The notes below the pieces were generated by a model that did not search any database, was not told the DNA's origin, and saw only the letters and a list, made by a program, of their open reading frames with translations. DNA of 63,406 nt, filler included, from Choristocarpus tenellus KU-1152 (lineage: Eukaryota > Protista > Phaeophyceae), in NCBI GenBank assembly GCA_964200185.2. It is 9 parts of 9 records of this genome, joined end to end, with 100 filler letters (N's around TTAATTAATTAA, not from the genome) between each part and the next. Parts side by side here need not be neighbours in the genome. Positions count along the whole stretch, not along the records: positions 17,532 to 29,398 come from CAXNAD020002093.1; positions 29,499 to 33,760 come from CAXNAD020015418.1; 7 more parts are not named here. One strand, written 5' to 3'. Of the stretch, positions 20,901-33,760 are shown one piece after another; position 1 is the first letter of the stretch, and each line of letters opens with the position of its first letter. A program made the position numbers and the translations under genes.

Positions 20901-23897
20901 TACCGTATTTAAAACACTGTACTACAATGAATAAAATTGATATATTACCAATGAGTGGAACTGCTCATTCACGGCAAAGTAAAAACGACCCTTATTGTCA
21001 GAAGCTTCCCGTTTCACGTGGATGTGATGACCCAAAGTATCTGGGGGGGCGTGGGTGGGATCTACACTAGGGTGTCCATTTGGGTCATAACCAGGAAAAG
21101 TGCACTTACATTATCCATCCAACGTATGCAACCAAATCACACAAGAATCGCGACATAAAAAAATTGACCCCATATGGACAGCCGCCACCCCTCCCAGATA
21201 TTTTGGGCCTGGTGTCTCATCAAACCCTATTGCATACCTCTCTCAGTCAGTACCAATACCTGGTTCGAGGCAGACCTGTCAACCAAAATTGTTCCATGAA
21301 GAGGCAGTTTACTCTTATTGTTTTCTTTTCTTCATTGCCATGCTCAGGCTCCTGATCAAACTCAAAAATTGGGAGGAGAGTAAAGATGCGCAGACACTGC
21401 TCTGCTCATAAGAGTAGGGGCATGAAATTATACTTTGTATGATAAATCTCTCCAAACACAAGCAAGAAAAGGACCTATATTTACTATAGAACAATAATTC
21501 AAATACATTCATATGTACTTACCTTAACTCCCAGTCGGCGCATCCAGCGTAGGATCTCCAACATCTCCGCCCTGAAGAAAAAAAAATTAAGCACATTCAG
21601 ATCAACAAAATAAATCAAAGTGAAAAAATATAAATATGAAAAAAGTACACTATAGAAGAAGAAAGGGAACGCAATACTATTTATTATAATAGGGATAAAC
21701 GTGGGTTCATTTTTTCTTATCAAAGAAGGTGAAGGAAAAGGCGTACTGTATTATATAGTACTTGGTAATATTGCACGCCCTTTTTTATTGTATTATGCCT
21801 AGTATTAACCTCAGTTCAGGTGAAATGTTTATGGTGGTATGGCATCTGGAACTTGCCATGTCTGTGGGCATGATGTATTATGTGGGTGATGGTTGACCTG
21901 GAAGTACACCTTGTGTTTTATCATTGTCATTATTATGACCCAGGGTATCCTAGAGGGAGGGATAGGCACCCATTCGGGGCAAGTGTGAATCTGTAGCGAT
22001 TCCATGCCATCCGACTAAACATGTCAGATGTAAGGGAAACTTCCTTCATCTGAACCCACCTTCCTTTCCACCCCCCTGCCTGAACCAAATCAGAAGGAAA
22101 ATCACTCGTATCCCTGGCATCAAACTGAATTATCTTACAACATCCCATCTAGCCCCGAATGGACGACCTGGCTAAACACCCTCCCCTCCAAGATACTATG
22201 GCATTTTCATCATTATTATCACTATCATTGTTATTATTATTACTAATACTATTATTATTATTCTCTTTCTGTTTTATTATTTTCTGTTTTGAAAATGGTA
22301 CACATGAGTATGGCTACATAGTTGAGATCGCTGACAGCAGCAGTTAGGCCAACACAACCAGTTCATTCTTTTGGTGCGTTCTACGATTTTTGATCCTGGT
22401 ACAAGGCATGTAAACCATATTTTCATCAATGTATTAATTCAAAACCCATTAGGCTCGCGGTGGTCAATAATTAGCAGGTGCAGTATTCGTTGTTTCTGTT
22501 AAAGTAGTTCAAAGTGAATGAATATGGACAGGTTTGTACGTAGTGGATACAATATATTTAGAAGATGAAACGAACAAGTGTATAATCTCTCTCTCTCACA
22601 CTCATCCTTAGTAAAACCAGCATATTATTATTAAATGTCTTCACAATGTGCTACAATGGATCATATTCAACTTAGAAGTACCACTACTACAACTAATACT
22701 ACAAATGGTTATATTTCTTTTGGTGATAGTAGTGAAAATATAACGATAACATGGCAATATTATTGACTACGTGATCAAGAAATTGACATGCAATGATATT
22801 TATGTTCCCAGAAGTGATGATTATAATGACAATAGTGATTATAATAGTGGTGACGACATTATTGACAACAATAATGTCAACAGTGATTAAAACAGTACTG
22901 ATAATAGTAACGGCAATAGTATTGATAATATTAAAGTTGTCCAGCCAGGAACATTATTCCACCACTACAAAATAACAAGATCATTAGGGGTTTTATTAAA
23001 TGTCAAATTTTCTCACTTAGGACACACCTTCAACAACAATACTATTACTGTCAAATAGTGCTAGTGTATCTAAGAAAAAAACCCAGGAAACCTCTTTACA
23101 CATCAGGTAAAATGCAAAAACGGTCAAAACCTGGCTACCTCTCAGTACACTTTGACTCAGTACGTTCCTTAATCTATCAAGTATAATAGAACTCGAGATC
23201 CATTTTTTTTAAACCAAAAAACTGCTCCTTCAACTTCAACCCTCAAACCGTCCACCCTACTATATTGAATGGTTTTGTGTTGGTGTCATGTTTTGCGACC
23301 CCTTTAGTGATCACATACCCAATTTCATGTGGGACCCAAGCCAAGCATCTCTAATTTTGTTTTCATCTGTATAAAGTGGAAAACTTCAAACTGTGTGCAT
23401 TACGAGATCTCCTTGCTGTAGTACAATGATGCTGGCACGACATCCAAGGCCTCTTAGGTGCATGTGTGAAAAAGGAAAACAGTTAATGTGCAGAGCATGA
23501 TCAACACTGATTATCAACTCTACTGTAAGGGGAGTTGGCAGAGGAGGGTGGGGAGGAGCAGGGACGTAGCAGTTGGTACCTCTAAATCCAAATCCATACT
23601 TCCCAAAACTTTATCCTCACCTGGAGTCTGCAACAGTCCGGGAAGGTTTCTCACAATTAATCCAAGAAATTCCTTTATCTTTTGCCTCCTTCCCACATTT
23701 GACCCCTCCTCCTGACATCCCCCCCATCCCCTCCATCCCCACAGAATTGGAGGGGTGTGAAACACCTTGGAGAGGTTTTCGAGACCGTGGGGGACATGAA
23801 AGGCTACCAGAACAGCCACCAGAACGGCCAAAAGGGATGCTATGCTTCTTTGGTGGTAATGTAAACCCCCGGGATCCCTTTCCTGCTCGAGCTTTAT
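17984..23897 (-). CDS. Uncharacterised protein with a calponin-homology-like domain, partial
   Basis: Exons 21523-21571 (AEMLEILRWMRRLGVK), 19502-19706 (..LSDGTLLSELVAALD..) and 17984-18420 (..NIRESLRGL..SEEDIVNGNPQ) are phase-compatible and carry CH-domain motifs. An open exon 23621-23897 with AG/GT ends probably belongs upstream, but the linking exons are unresolved. Confidence 0.6.
18608..18865 (+). mobile_element. MITE family 1 (258 bp), reference copy
   Basis: 23-bp TIR GAGCCAAAGTATCTTAGAGGGTA / TACCCTCTAAGATACTTTCACTC, TSD TTCA, internal hairpin. Confidence 0.95.
21029..21209 (+). mobile_element. MITE family 2 (~180 bp, G-rich TIR)
   Basis: TIR GACCCAAAGTATCTGGG / CCCAGATATTTTGGGCC, flanks TGAT/TGGT. 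Similar TIR ends occur at 9826, 17359, 41515, 45683, 51900 and 58815. Confidence 0.85.
21937..22204 (+). mobile_element. MITE family 3 (~265 bp)
   Basis: Degenerate TIRs related to family 1. The body is shared with 14191-14634. Confidence 0.75.
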
Positions 23898-24024
23898 CTG
23901 TATATACATTACAAGAAAGTTTTTTTTCAATTTATCATGGTAAGAAAAAAAAAGGTTTGATGCAGAAAAAAACATCAAAAATCATCTTTTTATTTATTTA
24001 TCACGGTACGAAAAAGAAGAAGAT

Positions 24025-24282
24025 GAGCCAAAGTATCTTAGAGGGTACATCTGCATCCATTTGGGGATCAAACTCCAATGTCGCGATTTTTAATAATTTT
24101 GGCTATCATATTAATTTTAAAGTGTAAATATATCCTTGTTCCAGACACACCTTTTCATTAAATACATTTTACCTAGTCCGAAACATTTTGGAGTAAGAAA
24201 ATGTCATAAAAAAAAGCGCGGGAAGCCAAGCCCCAAATGGACAAACAGGGAAAATCTCGTACCCTCTAAGATACTTTCACTC
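24025..24282 (+). mobile_element. MITE family 1
   Basis: Full TIRs, TSD AGAT/AGAT. Confidence 0.95.
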
Positions 24283-24639
24283 AGATTTGATGTAGAAAAG
24301 TACATCAGAAATCATCTTTCTTTTTAAGTTTATCTTCTTCGGGATGGGGGGGTGGGGGGTGCTGCCAACTGCTTCAGAGATAAACCCGGTTTCCCAGCCC
24401 AATGTAGGCGCTGTGTTGGAAGGCAGGTACTCTAAGAGAGCAACAATCGTTTCACCTTCCTAACCTATGTGTCATTGAGGCAAAGAACCGATAAACAGAG
24501 CATTCAGACAGAAAATATTGCTGCTCCTGTTCACACACATCAACTTGATTTTTTTTGTTAAGGGTATTAAATAGGACGAAGGGGGGGGGGGGGCTAGTGT
24601 TTTATTAGGCAAACGCCTTGTGCTTCAATTTTATTACCT

Positions 24640-24901
24640 GAGTCAACACATTTAAGAGGGTAGGAATTTTTCCTCCCTCTTTGTCCGTTCGGGGCTTGGC
24701 TTCCCACGGGTTTTATATGCCCCTTTTTCTGCTTTCAAACGGTTTTGGAGTAGAAAAAATATATACGACTATGAAAGGTGTGTCCAGAGCAAGGATATTG
24801 ACACTTGCTAACAAACACAATAGCCAAGGCTCATCAAAATAACAACATTAGATTTATGACCCCAAACAGACAAGGACCTACCCTCTCACATGCTTTTGGT
24901 C
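24640..24901 (-). mobile_element. MITE family 1, diverged subfamily
   Basis: Reverse match to the 15078 copy, flanks ACCT/AACT. Confidence 0.85.
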
Positions 24902-27739
24902 AACTTACAATCAACACTAACATAAATACCTGTCTCCAGTTTACCCTTAGGTAGTCCCTTGGCTGTGCAGAAACATGTATATATCAATCTGCAACATTTC
25001 CCCGCAATTCTCCAAAAAACAAAATCGTGACATTCTAAACTCTCGACTGCTGAAGTATCTTTCATAACAAATGACCATGAAACAGTAATATTCTGAACTC
25101 TTAAGGGGGAATCCACTAAGTTGAACTATCAATTTTTTGGAGAACATGACATCAGGAAAGATTCTTCTAGGAGAACATTGATCCCCAAGCGCTTCCATTT
25201 TCTGTTTATGTAGGACATAGGGAGTATACATCCTCCATAATATAGCTTCACAAATATTCTGAAGGCCAGTCTTATGAGTTAGTTCATCATGGGCAGCAGG
25301 AAGTCCCAGTACGCATTGTAGTGTATTTTCCCATCCCTAGCCCAAACGTTTCTTCAAACAGATACCCTAAACCATCGCTATTAAATGTGAGAATCTATAA
25401 ATACTTACATACCCCTACACATATATCATCATCATAATCATATCCTCTTACTGAAGTTCCAATCTAGTCCTAATCCTAACCCTTCCTAAGCCTTCCCAAG
25501 CCTAACCCTAACCCTTGTCGAACAACTCAAACCAAAACAATATGCCCTCATCATGGAACTTGGGAAACCTGAATCCCAACACCAACGCTAATCCTAATCC
25601 TAAACTTAAACCCTAACCCTAATACCAAAGTCCAATACTCGACTCATACGATAACAAAACAAGTACTGCCACAGAGGGCAGGAATATTGTGGGTACATCC
25701 CCATACAATAACAACAAGTTCGTTTTTGACCCTGACACTAGAAGGCTCATCATCACCCCGAAAGGCCTGTCTGCACACACATCCCAATAGGGTATCTGCA
25801 CAAGAGCAGTGACGTTCTTTTCTCATGTAAACAAGTGCATGTGGAGACATTGGAGGCATAGTACAGAGCCGGAAAACAGGTTATAATGGCCAAAAAGTGC
25901 TCATATGAAAAGCACCAACCAACAAAAAAAAGGACAACGTCGTTTTTTGATGAGCTCGACATAGAGCTAAGTTATGGGAGCCATGGAAAATTGATGTCTT
26001 TTTTCTGCAGATTGCAGGGCATCGCACTTCCAGATATTGACCACTCCTTTCCTATTTCTCAACACCTATGCAGAAGAGGCATGCCAAACATTGTCATGGA
26101 AAACACCTGAGTAATGCCCCACTCTAAACCTTGCCCTGTAGCGAACCCTAAATCCTGAGAGCTCACCATGGAAGGTGGGGAACTTGATTATGCATCCTAC
26201 CATTATCTCTCGCCGTAACCCCAACCCTAATCTAAACTCTTGTCTCTAAGAGCTCACCGTGAAAGGAGAATAACTCAAAAACATACCCCATTATGTTGTT
26301 CAAAAATATACCCGCCTAATCTTAATCTAAGCCCTAGACCCCAGCCTGACAGACTCACCATGGGTAGCAGGTGCCCTTCCCCGACAGGCAGAAGCCCGAG
26401 CACGGGCTAGCTCCGAGGCAGTTACCTATTATGTCATTAATGGTGATATTGTTTGTGTACATGTGTACCAGCAACTACAGAACAGTAGTGCTATTCTTGA
26501 TATTATACAAAGAATAAATGTGAAATACAAAGGAGGCATTCTTGGTGATACACATAAACATCGGCGAGATGAGTATGTTTTTTTCCAAGTGTGAATTATG
26601 TGTCTGTGTGCATGCTGGGTTAAGCCCAGTCTTAACAGGGATTAGAATTCGACAAAAAAAAGTGTACAATCGCAGTACTACCAAGTTGGAAATGTTAATG
26701 GATTTGGTTTGATTTGATTCAGTCTTCTCATTGGTAAAATGTATTTAAATTTCCGCGAGCTACCTGAACTGACCAGAGTACTTAAGTTAGTCTTGAAAAA
26801 TGAAAACATAACCAACCAATAAGAAGGCTGAATCGATTAAAATCCATATTTTAATAGGTCTGATTTCTTGTCATTATAATCTATTTTATCTCTATATAGA
26901 TTTTTATATAATCTGTTAAGACCCACCCCTAGTACATTTAAAGCACATAGTAACAAGGCAATATTGAATAATATACCCTAAGATGAGAAGATGAAAAAGA
27001 AGTGAAAGCACTTACATTCACACTAGTACAGTAAATTTTTGTGTTGTTTGCTCCTGTGGTGTAATGGAAGAAAATCAACTTCGGCTACAACTAACATTTA
27101 ACTACACCAACACTGTAAAGGATTTGATTGGCCAGTAGCAGAGTACTGGGCTGGGGTTCAAGGGGAATGGAGGCAAGAGAGCATTCAGACCCTTTTCTAG
27201 TCAGAACCACACTGGACTGGACTGAGCCTTAGCTCAGAACCCCATATGAATGTTTCCGGCATTTACAAACAAGAAGGTCAGTATGTGTCGCGTTTTTTGC
27301 GCCATGTGTCTCTTGGATAGATTCACTAAAAAAAAAGGACAGTACTACATGCGGATCAAGAACAAGTATGATGTAGCATCACCAAGGAGCATGAGCTGAG
27401 CAATGGAATTGAACAAAAGGTAGCAAAAGAGTCCCAGGCAGTATTACACTAAATCCAAGTGATTACTTTTGAAGCACAAACAGAATTGGATAAAAGATGT
27501 GTGAAACAATTATGCTGATTTATGCTTAGGAACTGGCGAAATGATAGGCCTAGCTATTCGCAGCATTGATACATAGAAGAATTAAATCAACATAATACAT
27601 TGAATTGTGAAAGACATTAATATCATTCAGAATACGAAATTGGTGAATAGGCGTAACAATCTGGGGCAGACGCAAATTTTCTACGCAATCTAAGACCTGA
27701 CGTTGCATCCTTCCTTAGTCAACTTAGTCAACTTGTGGT

Positions 27740-27812
27740 AGACGTCAGGGAATAGCGGTTATCATTAGACTCTGTCTGACGAGCGATCCAGGTTTGAATC
27801 CCTGCAAGAACT
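27740..27812 (+). pseudogene. tRNA-Asp-like remnant, heavily decayed
   Basis: A-box-like AATAGCGGTTA, CTGTC in the anticodon position, B-box-like GGTTTGAATCCC. The downstream flank is shared with the next two copies. Confidence 0.5.
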
Positions 27813-28029
27813 TGTGATTTCTACCTAGTTCTTGTGAGCAACCGCCAATAGAGTTGTACAGTATTAGAAACGTTTTTCGACCCGTTTTATTTTTATCACC
27901 ATGTTAGTATATTGATGGTCTTCACATTATTCTGAGGGGTCCCATCTCTGATCTTATGGCATCAAAATAGATTGTTGTATATCACAATGTTTTGCAAATA
28001 GAAATAATAGGCCATGACCTAGTGTGTGT

Positions 28030-28435
28030 TTCCAGGCAAATATACTCATTTTTCACACACTCCATCAGAGATGTCAGTGCCCCCAGCTGAGTCTGCTACC
28101 TTCATGTTCTTCTCCAGAGTTCACAAGGAGGTGTTGCCGACTTGTTCCATTGTGGAGCGTGTCAGGTGGGGGACATGGCCCTCACTAAATAACCCAGATA
28201 GGAAGAGAGGGACCAGACATTGAGGAGCCAGGCAACTTGTTTATCCTCATTGTCGCTCAGATGCATGGTCAGTATTTGTGGGCTTGAATAAATCAATCTC
28301 TCTCTACTGGAGCCCTTACTGCGACAAAATCATATGGATCCGTAGCCAGGTTGATTCCTGTGGTGGCTAGGAGTTCCAGGTCCAAGGGCGTGGGCTGGTT
28401 GCCCTGGGATGGTGCAGCAAAGAATTTAACCGTGT
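28030..28435 (-). mobile_element. CRE-like non-LTR retrotransposon fragment
   Basis: Part of it (about 28190-28430) is clearly similar to 52440-52680, the RT C-terminal region. Confidence 0.65.
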
Positions 28436-28557
28436 TTATTACTGCACATTATTCTAACGAGTCCAGAACTTACTTCTTTTTCTTGCACATGGGTGGTCAA
28501 TGAGGATCGTAATGTGTGGAACTAGACTACACAATGGTAAAAAATTAACATGTCGTG

Positions 28558-28628
28558 GGCTTTGTGGTATAATGGTTAGTATTTGCCCCTGTCATAGGTG
28601 GGGTTCCGGTCGATTCCTGTCAAAAGTC
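28558..28628 (+). pseudogene. tRNA-Asp(GTC) pseudogene
   Basis: GTGGTATAATGGTTAGTAT D-arm, CTGTCAT anticodon loop, GGTCGATTCC T-arm, with broken stems. Confidence 0.7.
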
Positions 28629-29037
28629 AATCTTTGTGGTCATTAGTGCACCCATTAACGGAACAGTAAGGTATTAGTAACGTTTTCAGTCTGTTTGGAT
28701 TTTATAACCATAAAGGTATTTTGATGTCTTTAAATTATTCTGAGAGGTTCCGAACCTAATGTGAAAAGCTGCAGAATCGACTGAAGGTTATGAAACTGAC
28801 CAACAAGGACATCACTGTGAGGGAGAAGAGCACAGAAGATGCTCATGCCGTGTTGAGAGGGAATCCAGGAAGGGAGTGGTGGGGGCGGGGGGAATACTTC
28901 TTTTACAGACACCTCCCAAACCCTGATCGAATGTCACCAAAATAGACTGTACGTTGAATATCTTTTCGCACGTAGGTGGGAGATAAGGATGTTATGTTTG
29001 AATGTACTTAGAAAAGAGTAGGAATTAGCACATGGTA

Positions 29038-29108
29038 AGCTTCGTGGTATAATGGTTGGCATTAGCTCCTGTCACGGGTGAGATCCGGGTTCAACTTACG
29101 AAGAGGTT
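29038..29108 (+). pseudogene. tRNA-Asp(GTC) pseudogene
   Basis: GTGGTATAATGGTTGGCAT, CTGTCAC loop, CCGGGTTCAAC, with mismatched T and acceptor stems. Confidence 0.7.
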
Positions 29109-29498
29109 GAGATTTTAGTTCATCAACCAACTCTTCTATTCTATTTTCCAACAGAACTGTACAATATATTAGGGGGTACATATCCTAGCGGCTCATGACG
29201 CCAGGATCATGAGAAGGGCCCAACACGAGATCACACGCGTCCTGAACAGGATCTGTTTCGGCTCCTTCAATACAGATCAGTCTGCCTAGTGAAGCACACC
29301 AAGAGAGGGAAAGCTCCTCATTGACCCTAGCGCGGTGAACTAATGCGTGGGTGTGGGCCTCAACTCAACCTCTGGAACCAGCATGCCAGATCCCCCCTNN
29401 NNNNNNNNNNNNNNNNNNNNNNNNNNNNNNNNNNNNNNNNNNTTAATTAATTAANNNNNNNNNNNNNNNNNNNNNNNNNNNNNNNNNNNNNNNNNNNN

Positions 29499-29756
29499 AG
29501 GGGGTGGAGGCCGGGGGGGGGGGTGTTGCAGAAAGGGAAAGGGGGGGGGGGGGAAGGGGGAGGGGAGGGTGTTCAGGAAGGGGGGCATGAGGTGACTGCG
29601 AATGAAGGAGCAGCAAGCTCTAGAAGAGGAGGTAATGGGAATAGGGGGGTGGGTGGGGAGATAGGAGGAGGGGAGGATGAAAATTGGAGGGATAACGACG
29701 AAAAGCCCCGCAAACGATCACGAACAGATAGCTCTGCGCCTGACTCTCCAGGTTGA
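29499..29756 (+). CDS. Possible terminal exon of an unknown gene (Gly/Glu-rich, KPRKRSR NLS-like)
   Basis: Open frame from the contig edge to TGA, low complexity, no family recognised. Confidence 0.3.
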   Translation, partial: RGWRPGGGVLQKGKGGGGEGGGEGVQEGGHEVTANEGAASSRRGGNGNRGVGGEIGGGEDENWRDNDEKPRKRSRTDSSAPDSPG

Positions 29757-32700
29757 TGGATTAACGCTTCCCAGGTTCCTGGAAAGTATCTGTGCACAAG
29801 AGTACAGTATAGTGTGCAAGTGTAGTTAGTTGTTGTGATCAGGTCCTGTCTCTGTTTGCTCTATGTGTACGAGATGGGCCCAGGGGGTCATGTGTAGTGT
29901 TATGTGTTGACTGCCTTTGTAATGGCAGGAGTTTTCTGCCATTGTCTCTCGGAGTGATCTCTCATATGAGACCCCAGGTTAGACACGGCATAAAGGAGAA
30001 GAGGTTTGACAGCATTTTTGTCATTGTTGGATGCTTGCACATATTAGGAGTGGAAAGGCGCCATCGGTGGCAACAACTTTTGGTGTTGGCTTATTTGCTG
30101 GCTCATTCCTTGATTGTAGTTTTGGGGTGTGTTATGCGGCGTATACTTCAGTGTGTACATATGTGTACACATGTATGCATATGTACACATATGTATGCGT
30201 GTTTACATGGACTGGGTTGAATGGTTGATTGGGAGTATGAAGGGCAGAGCTGGTGGATGGCTTTGCGTTTCTGTTGTAGTCTATGGAAGGTGGGTGTTGG
30301 CACTGTCCACAACCAGATATTCTCCTGTTGTTTGTTCTTGTTGCTACTTGATGCAGCGAGTAATCAAGGAGGTATTTGTGCTGCTTCCCTGTCACATGCT
30401 TTGCTGCCTCAAGGTGTACCATACATCCCATGTTTATCTTTCGTTTCCCATGGTGGTCATGATGTCTTATATGGATACATGCATCGATTCTACATGTAGG
30501 GTTGCAGTGTGTGTGCTGTAGCTACCCATTTAACATGTCACTTGCTTTGTTTGTTTGTTTGGACCTTGCCATCAATTGCTTGTGAGGAGAAGACTTGTGT
30601 CATACCCCTGGCGACCACCTGCCTGACCGCCTGCAGTTTTTGTCACATTTTGTCGTCTACCCTGGTTTATTTTACATACATCATCCTAGGGTGAGTAGAG
30701 AGTGTGAAAGAGGTGTTGCGCAGGCAGGATAAACCCAAGCAACCAGTGCCTGAACGACACAGGCTAACCTGCCTGATGCTTTGCTTGTGTTCCTCTCTAA
30801 CTTCTGCCCTGAAACTACCCTGGATTGTTACGTCCATATCGCATTGTACCTCTGAGGTGAGTTGTGGATAGTAGGTAGTATGCCCCATCCACCATGCCCT
30901 CACTGTAGGGACAGTCATCCAAAACTAACCAAGCAATACTGGCGCAGAAGGAGTAACTGATGTGTTTCTCGCGACTGCAGCTGTTTGTTTCTACTTGCCA
31001 CTTTTTTGTTGTGCATTGTAAGTTATTTTCGGAGATTTCCTTAGCCGCCTGCGTTTTGTGTGCTACTTGTGGCAACTGATTGCCGATTTTTGATAAATTA
31101 AAAAAGGCTTGCAGTTGAATAGAGTGAGTGAGTAGCACACACACTCATACCCAAATGTTTTGTAAGCGTTGAACAGCAGCCTTTCAGAAGGCACAGCGTG
31201 AGTTTGTACACGGAGGGAATGGAAGGACCAGGAAGGATGCTGTGTGTTTTTTTCAACGGAAGTATTGAGAGGACAGATTTTTATTATGTTTTTACAACTT
31301 ACGGACACTGAGAGGATGTAGGTTCCTTGTTGCTGCACGGATAGTGCTTGTACTGTTTACTGCTTGTTTAGTGTTTTTTCTTCTGAGGAAGCAGGTGGTG
31401 TTTGTAAACAACATTTAGCGAGTCTTGGCTTTATTTCCTTACTTCTACTACTGCCTGCTTTGCTTCTTTTCGTAGGTCTATCTCTTTCTACTAGTGGTTG
31501 CTCGGTTTTTACTGTTAATGGGTTGCTGACCGATGCATCTCAGTCATCGTGCCTCTTCTTTGTGTTGTTTGTACATGATGATTTGATCATATCTCTTTAT
31601 TTAGGTACGATCTTAGGCCCGCTTCTACTGGAGCGTTGCTTGGCTGTTGCAGCTTCTTTGTGCTTTCTTGCATTGGTCCTTTATTGCCGCTGCTACTTTC
31701 TATTGCATTGCGTTTTTGGTGGTGATTTGGTTGAGTCGATATCTGCATATACGTATCATACATGCATATTTTTGTGTTTTTGGCGTTGTTCTGTGTGCAC
31801 TGAAATGTGCGCATAGAAATAAGAGCTATTATTTATTTATAAGTACTTTTGAAATAGTGTAATTATTGATGGGTGAGTGAATGTGCACTATGTCATCAGT
31901 AGTGTACATGAACAATGTAATACTTCTAAGTAGTAATAAAACTACATGAGGTACCACTATTCAAGTATAGCTATAAAAAGAAAACAACAGCAACTGTATG
32001 TAGGATGACTCCTCACGCTGCATTGTTGCTGTGCATATGGAAGGTAGGAGGGAATCAGTCAATCGTACCTACTAATAGTTTTATCATGCAGGTTTCCTCT
32101 ACATGGAAATGGAAGCTTGACAAGGGGTTGGCATTGTTGGTACTAGTCATTCAGCAATGTTAGGAATTGTTATCCAGAAATATCAGCAAAATAAATTAGG
32201 TGGTGGTTGACAACAAAAATGATTCCAAAATATCATTTGTCGGATTAATGTGTTGACACTATTTTCTAGGATTTCACTAATGTCCCAATAGTATTCCTTT
32301 TCTTTTCTTGCCATTTCCATGACCTTCAACCAAAGAGTCAAATTTACTAAAGGAAGGGTTCCATTTTCAAGAACCCGAGAAAGGACAAAGAAATATGCCA
32401 TTTTGTACATTTCCAGAGTCTCTGCTGAATTGCGGTGTATCTTTGTGTGTGGAAAGGGGGAATATCAATTTCGTGCACTAATGGGCACATAAGGAATGAA
32501 ATAGAGTGTATTACAGAGGGTAAGACAGATGGGTTAGGAAGTAAAAAGAGACCAAACCTGCCTGCCTCTCGATTGGTTCAACTCCAAACTGGGTAAATGT
32601 GAAAGAACTAGGTCGTGAGCCAGCCCTGATGAACTCTGTTCAACTTGACCGGTCCAGCGCTGTAAAAGATATTATCTGTACCACAGACACTATTGGATAC

Positions 32701-33329
32701 GTTCAACAAGGCCAGTCCATGACCTTCAGACATTCGACCGAAATGGGCGCCAAGTTAGTCCTCGTGGACATGGATGACATGGTCTATCTAGGACAGTCGA
32801 ATATTGTAAACAAACCAGGGTGCAGGCCATTATGACGCAATAAGAAGTATATGATGCACAGCCGTCTCAGTCAGCTCTCATTGGATTGTTTTGCAGTATG
32901 ATTATGAGAATGCACCCAACTTAAGGGGATTTCAATATACATGTCTATCTCCACATCTATTTTGGGACAGTTTGGGGGTCAGTCTGAGATATTTTGACAA
33001 GGCTGGTCCAAATAAAATATTATTCTAGACTGTGACATGCTTGATACTTCCTCCATTTGGAATTAAATATAACATTCCTTTAGCAACCTCCATTCTTGCT
33101 CGGGAGTGACCCACGAGATAAACCCTCTGGACAAGGCTTAGTTCTCATATAGATTAGGAGATGAGTCGCATTGGACAGTGTCCAAGAACCTTGTGAAACC
33201 GTCAAAGTGGGTATGGTGTAAATTGGGATGCCTTTGAAGAAGGCCCCAGTTGTTCGAGCGGCTCACTCATTCCGTCATTCCCCGACAGTCCCAATTCTTC
33301 AACCCACAAATCTGTCCGGAGTCAGGACT

Positions 33330-33760
33330 CAAACACTCCAACGAAGAAGAACAGCGCAGTGGTGCCATGCCTGGAGGCAAGAGGGTGCAAGAGTCGGGTG
33401 CCTCGGGGGGATAGCAGTGATCATCAAGGACGACTTGGGAATTTCCCGAATCACATTACTCTGTCATCTGAAGGAGTATGATAGACAAATCACATGGGGT
33501 GAGTGCATGGATCTTGTACGCCATCGCAAGGGGTGATATGGCCGCCGTACAAGTATCCTTGACGTTTGGATGTCCAATCGGTACACATGCATATCCTCTT
33601 GCAAATAGGTGGCCAAACAAGGGGTCTCCCTTGCCTTGTTGTGGGTCCTGTGCAAGCAGGAGAAGGTGAAGAAACTCAAGCAGTGGGTTAAGCCAGTCCT
33701 CTGAGACCAGTAAAACGTCAACAGGGTGGTTTCGACATCAGCCACATGCACAGGACGGGG
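33330..33760 (+). mobile_element. Degenerate Tc1/mariner transposase N-terminal region
   Basis: One frame with several stops reads GGIAVIIKDDLGISRITL..RHRKG*YGRR..GVSLALLWVLCKQEKVKKLKQWVKPVL*DQ*NVNRV. This resembles HTH, GRK and KPxLTxxxKxxR of plant/oomycete-type mariners. Confidence 0.55.

Noticed and set aside
22793-22975. Hydrophobic I/V/T-rich ORF resembling a membrane peptide
   Set aside because: It derives from a degenerate ATA/GTG trinucleotide low-complexity tract.
21810-26110. Stop-codon recoding or selenocysteine in exon-like blocks with in-frame stops
   Set aside because: The stops are a mix of TGA, TAA and TAG, no SECIS is evident, and the confident genes use the standard code.
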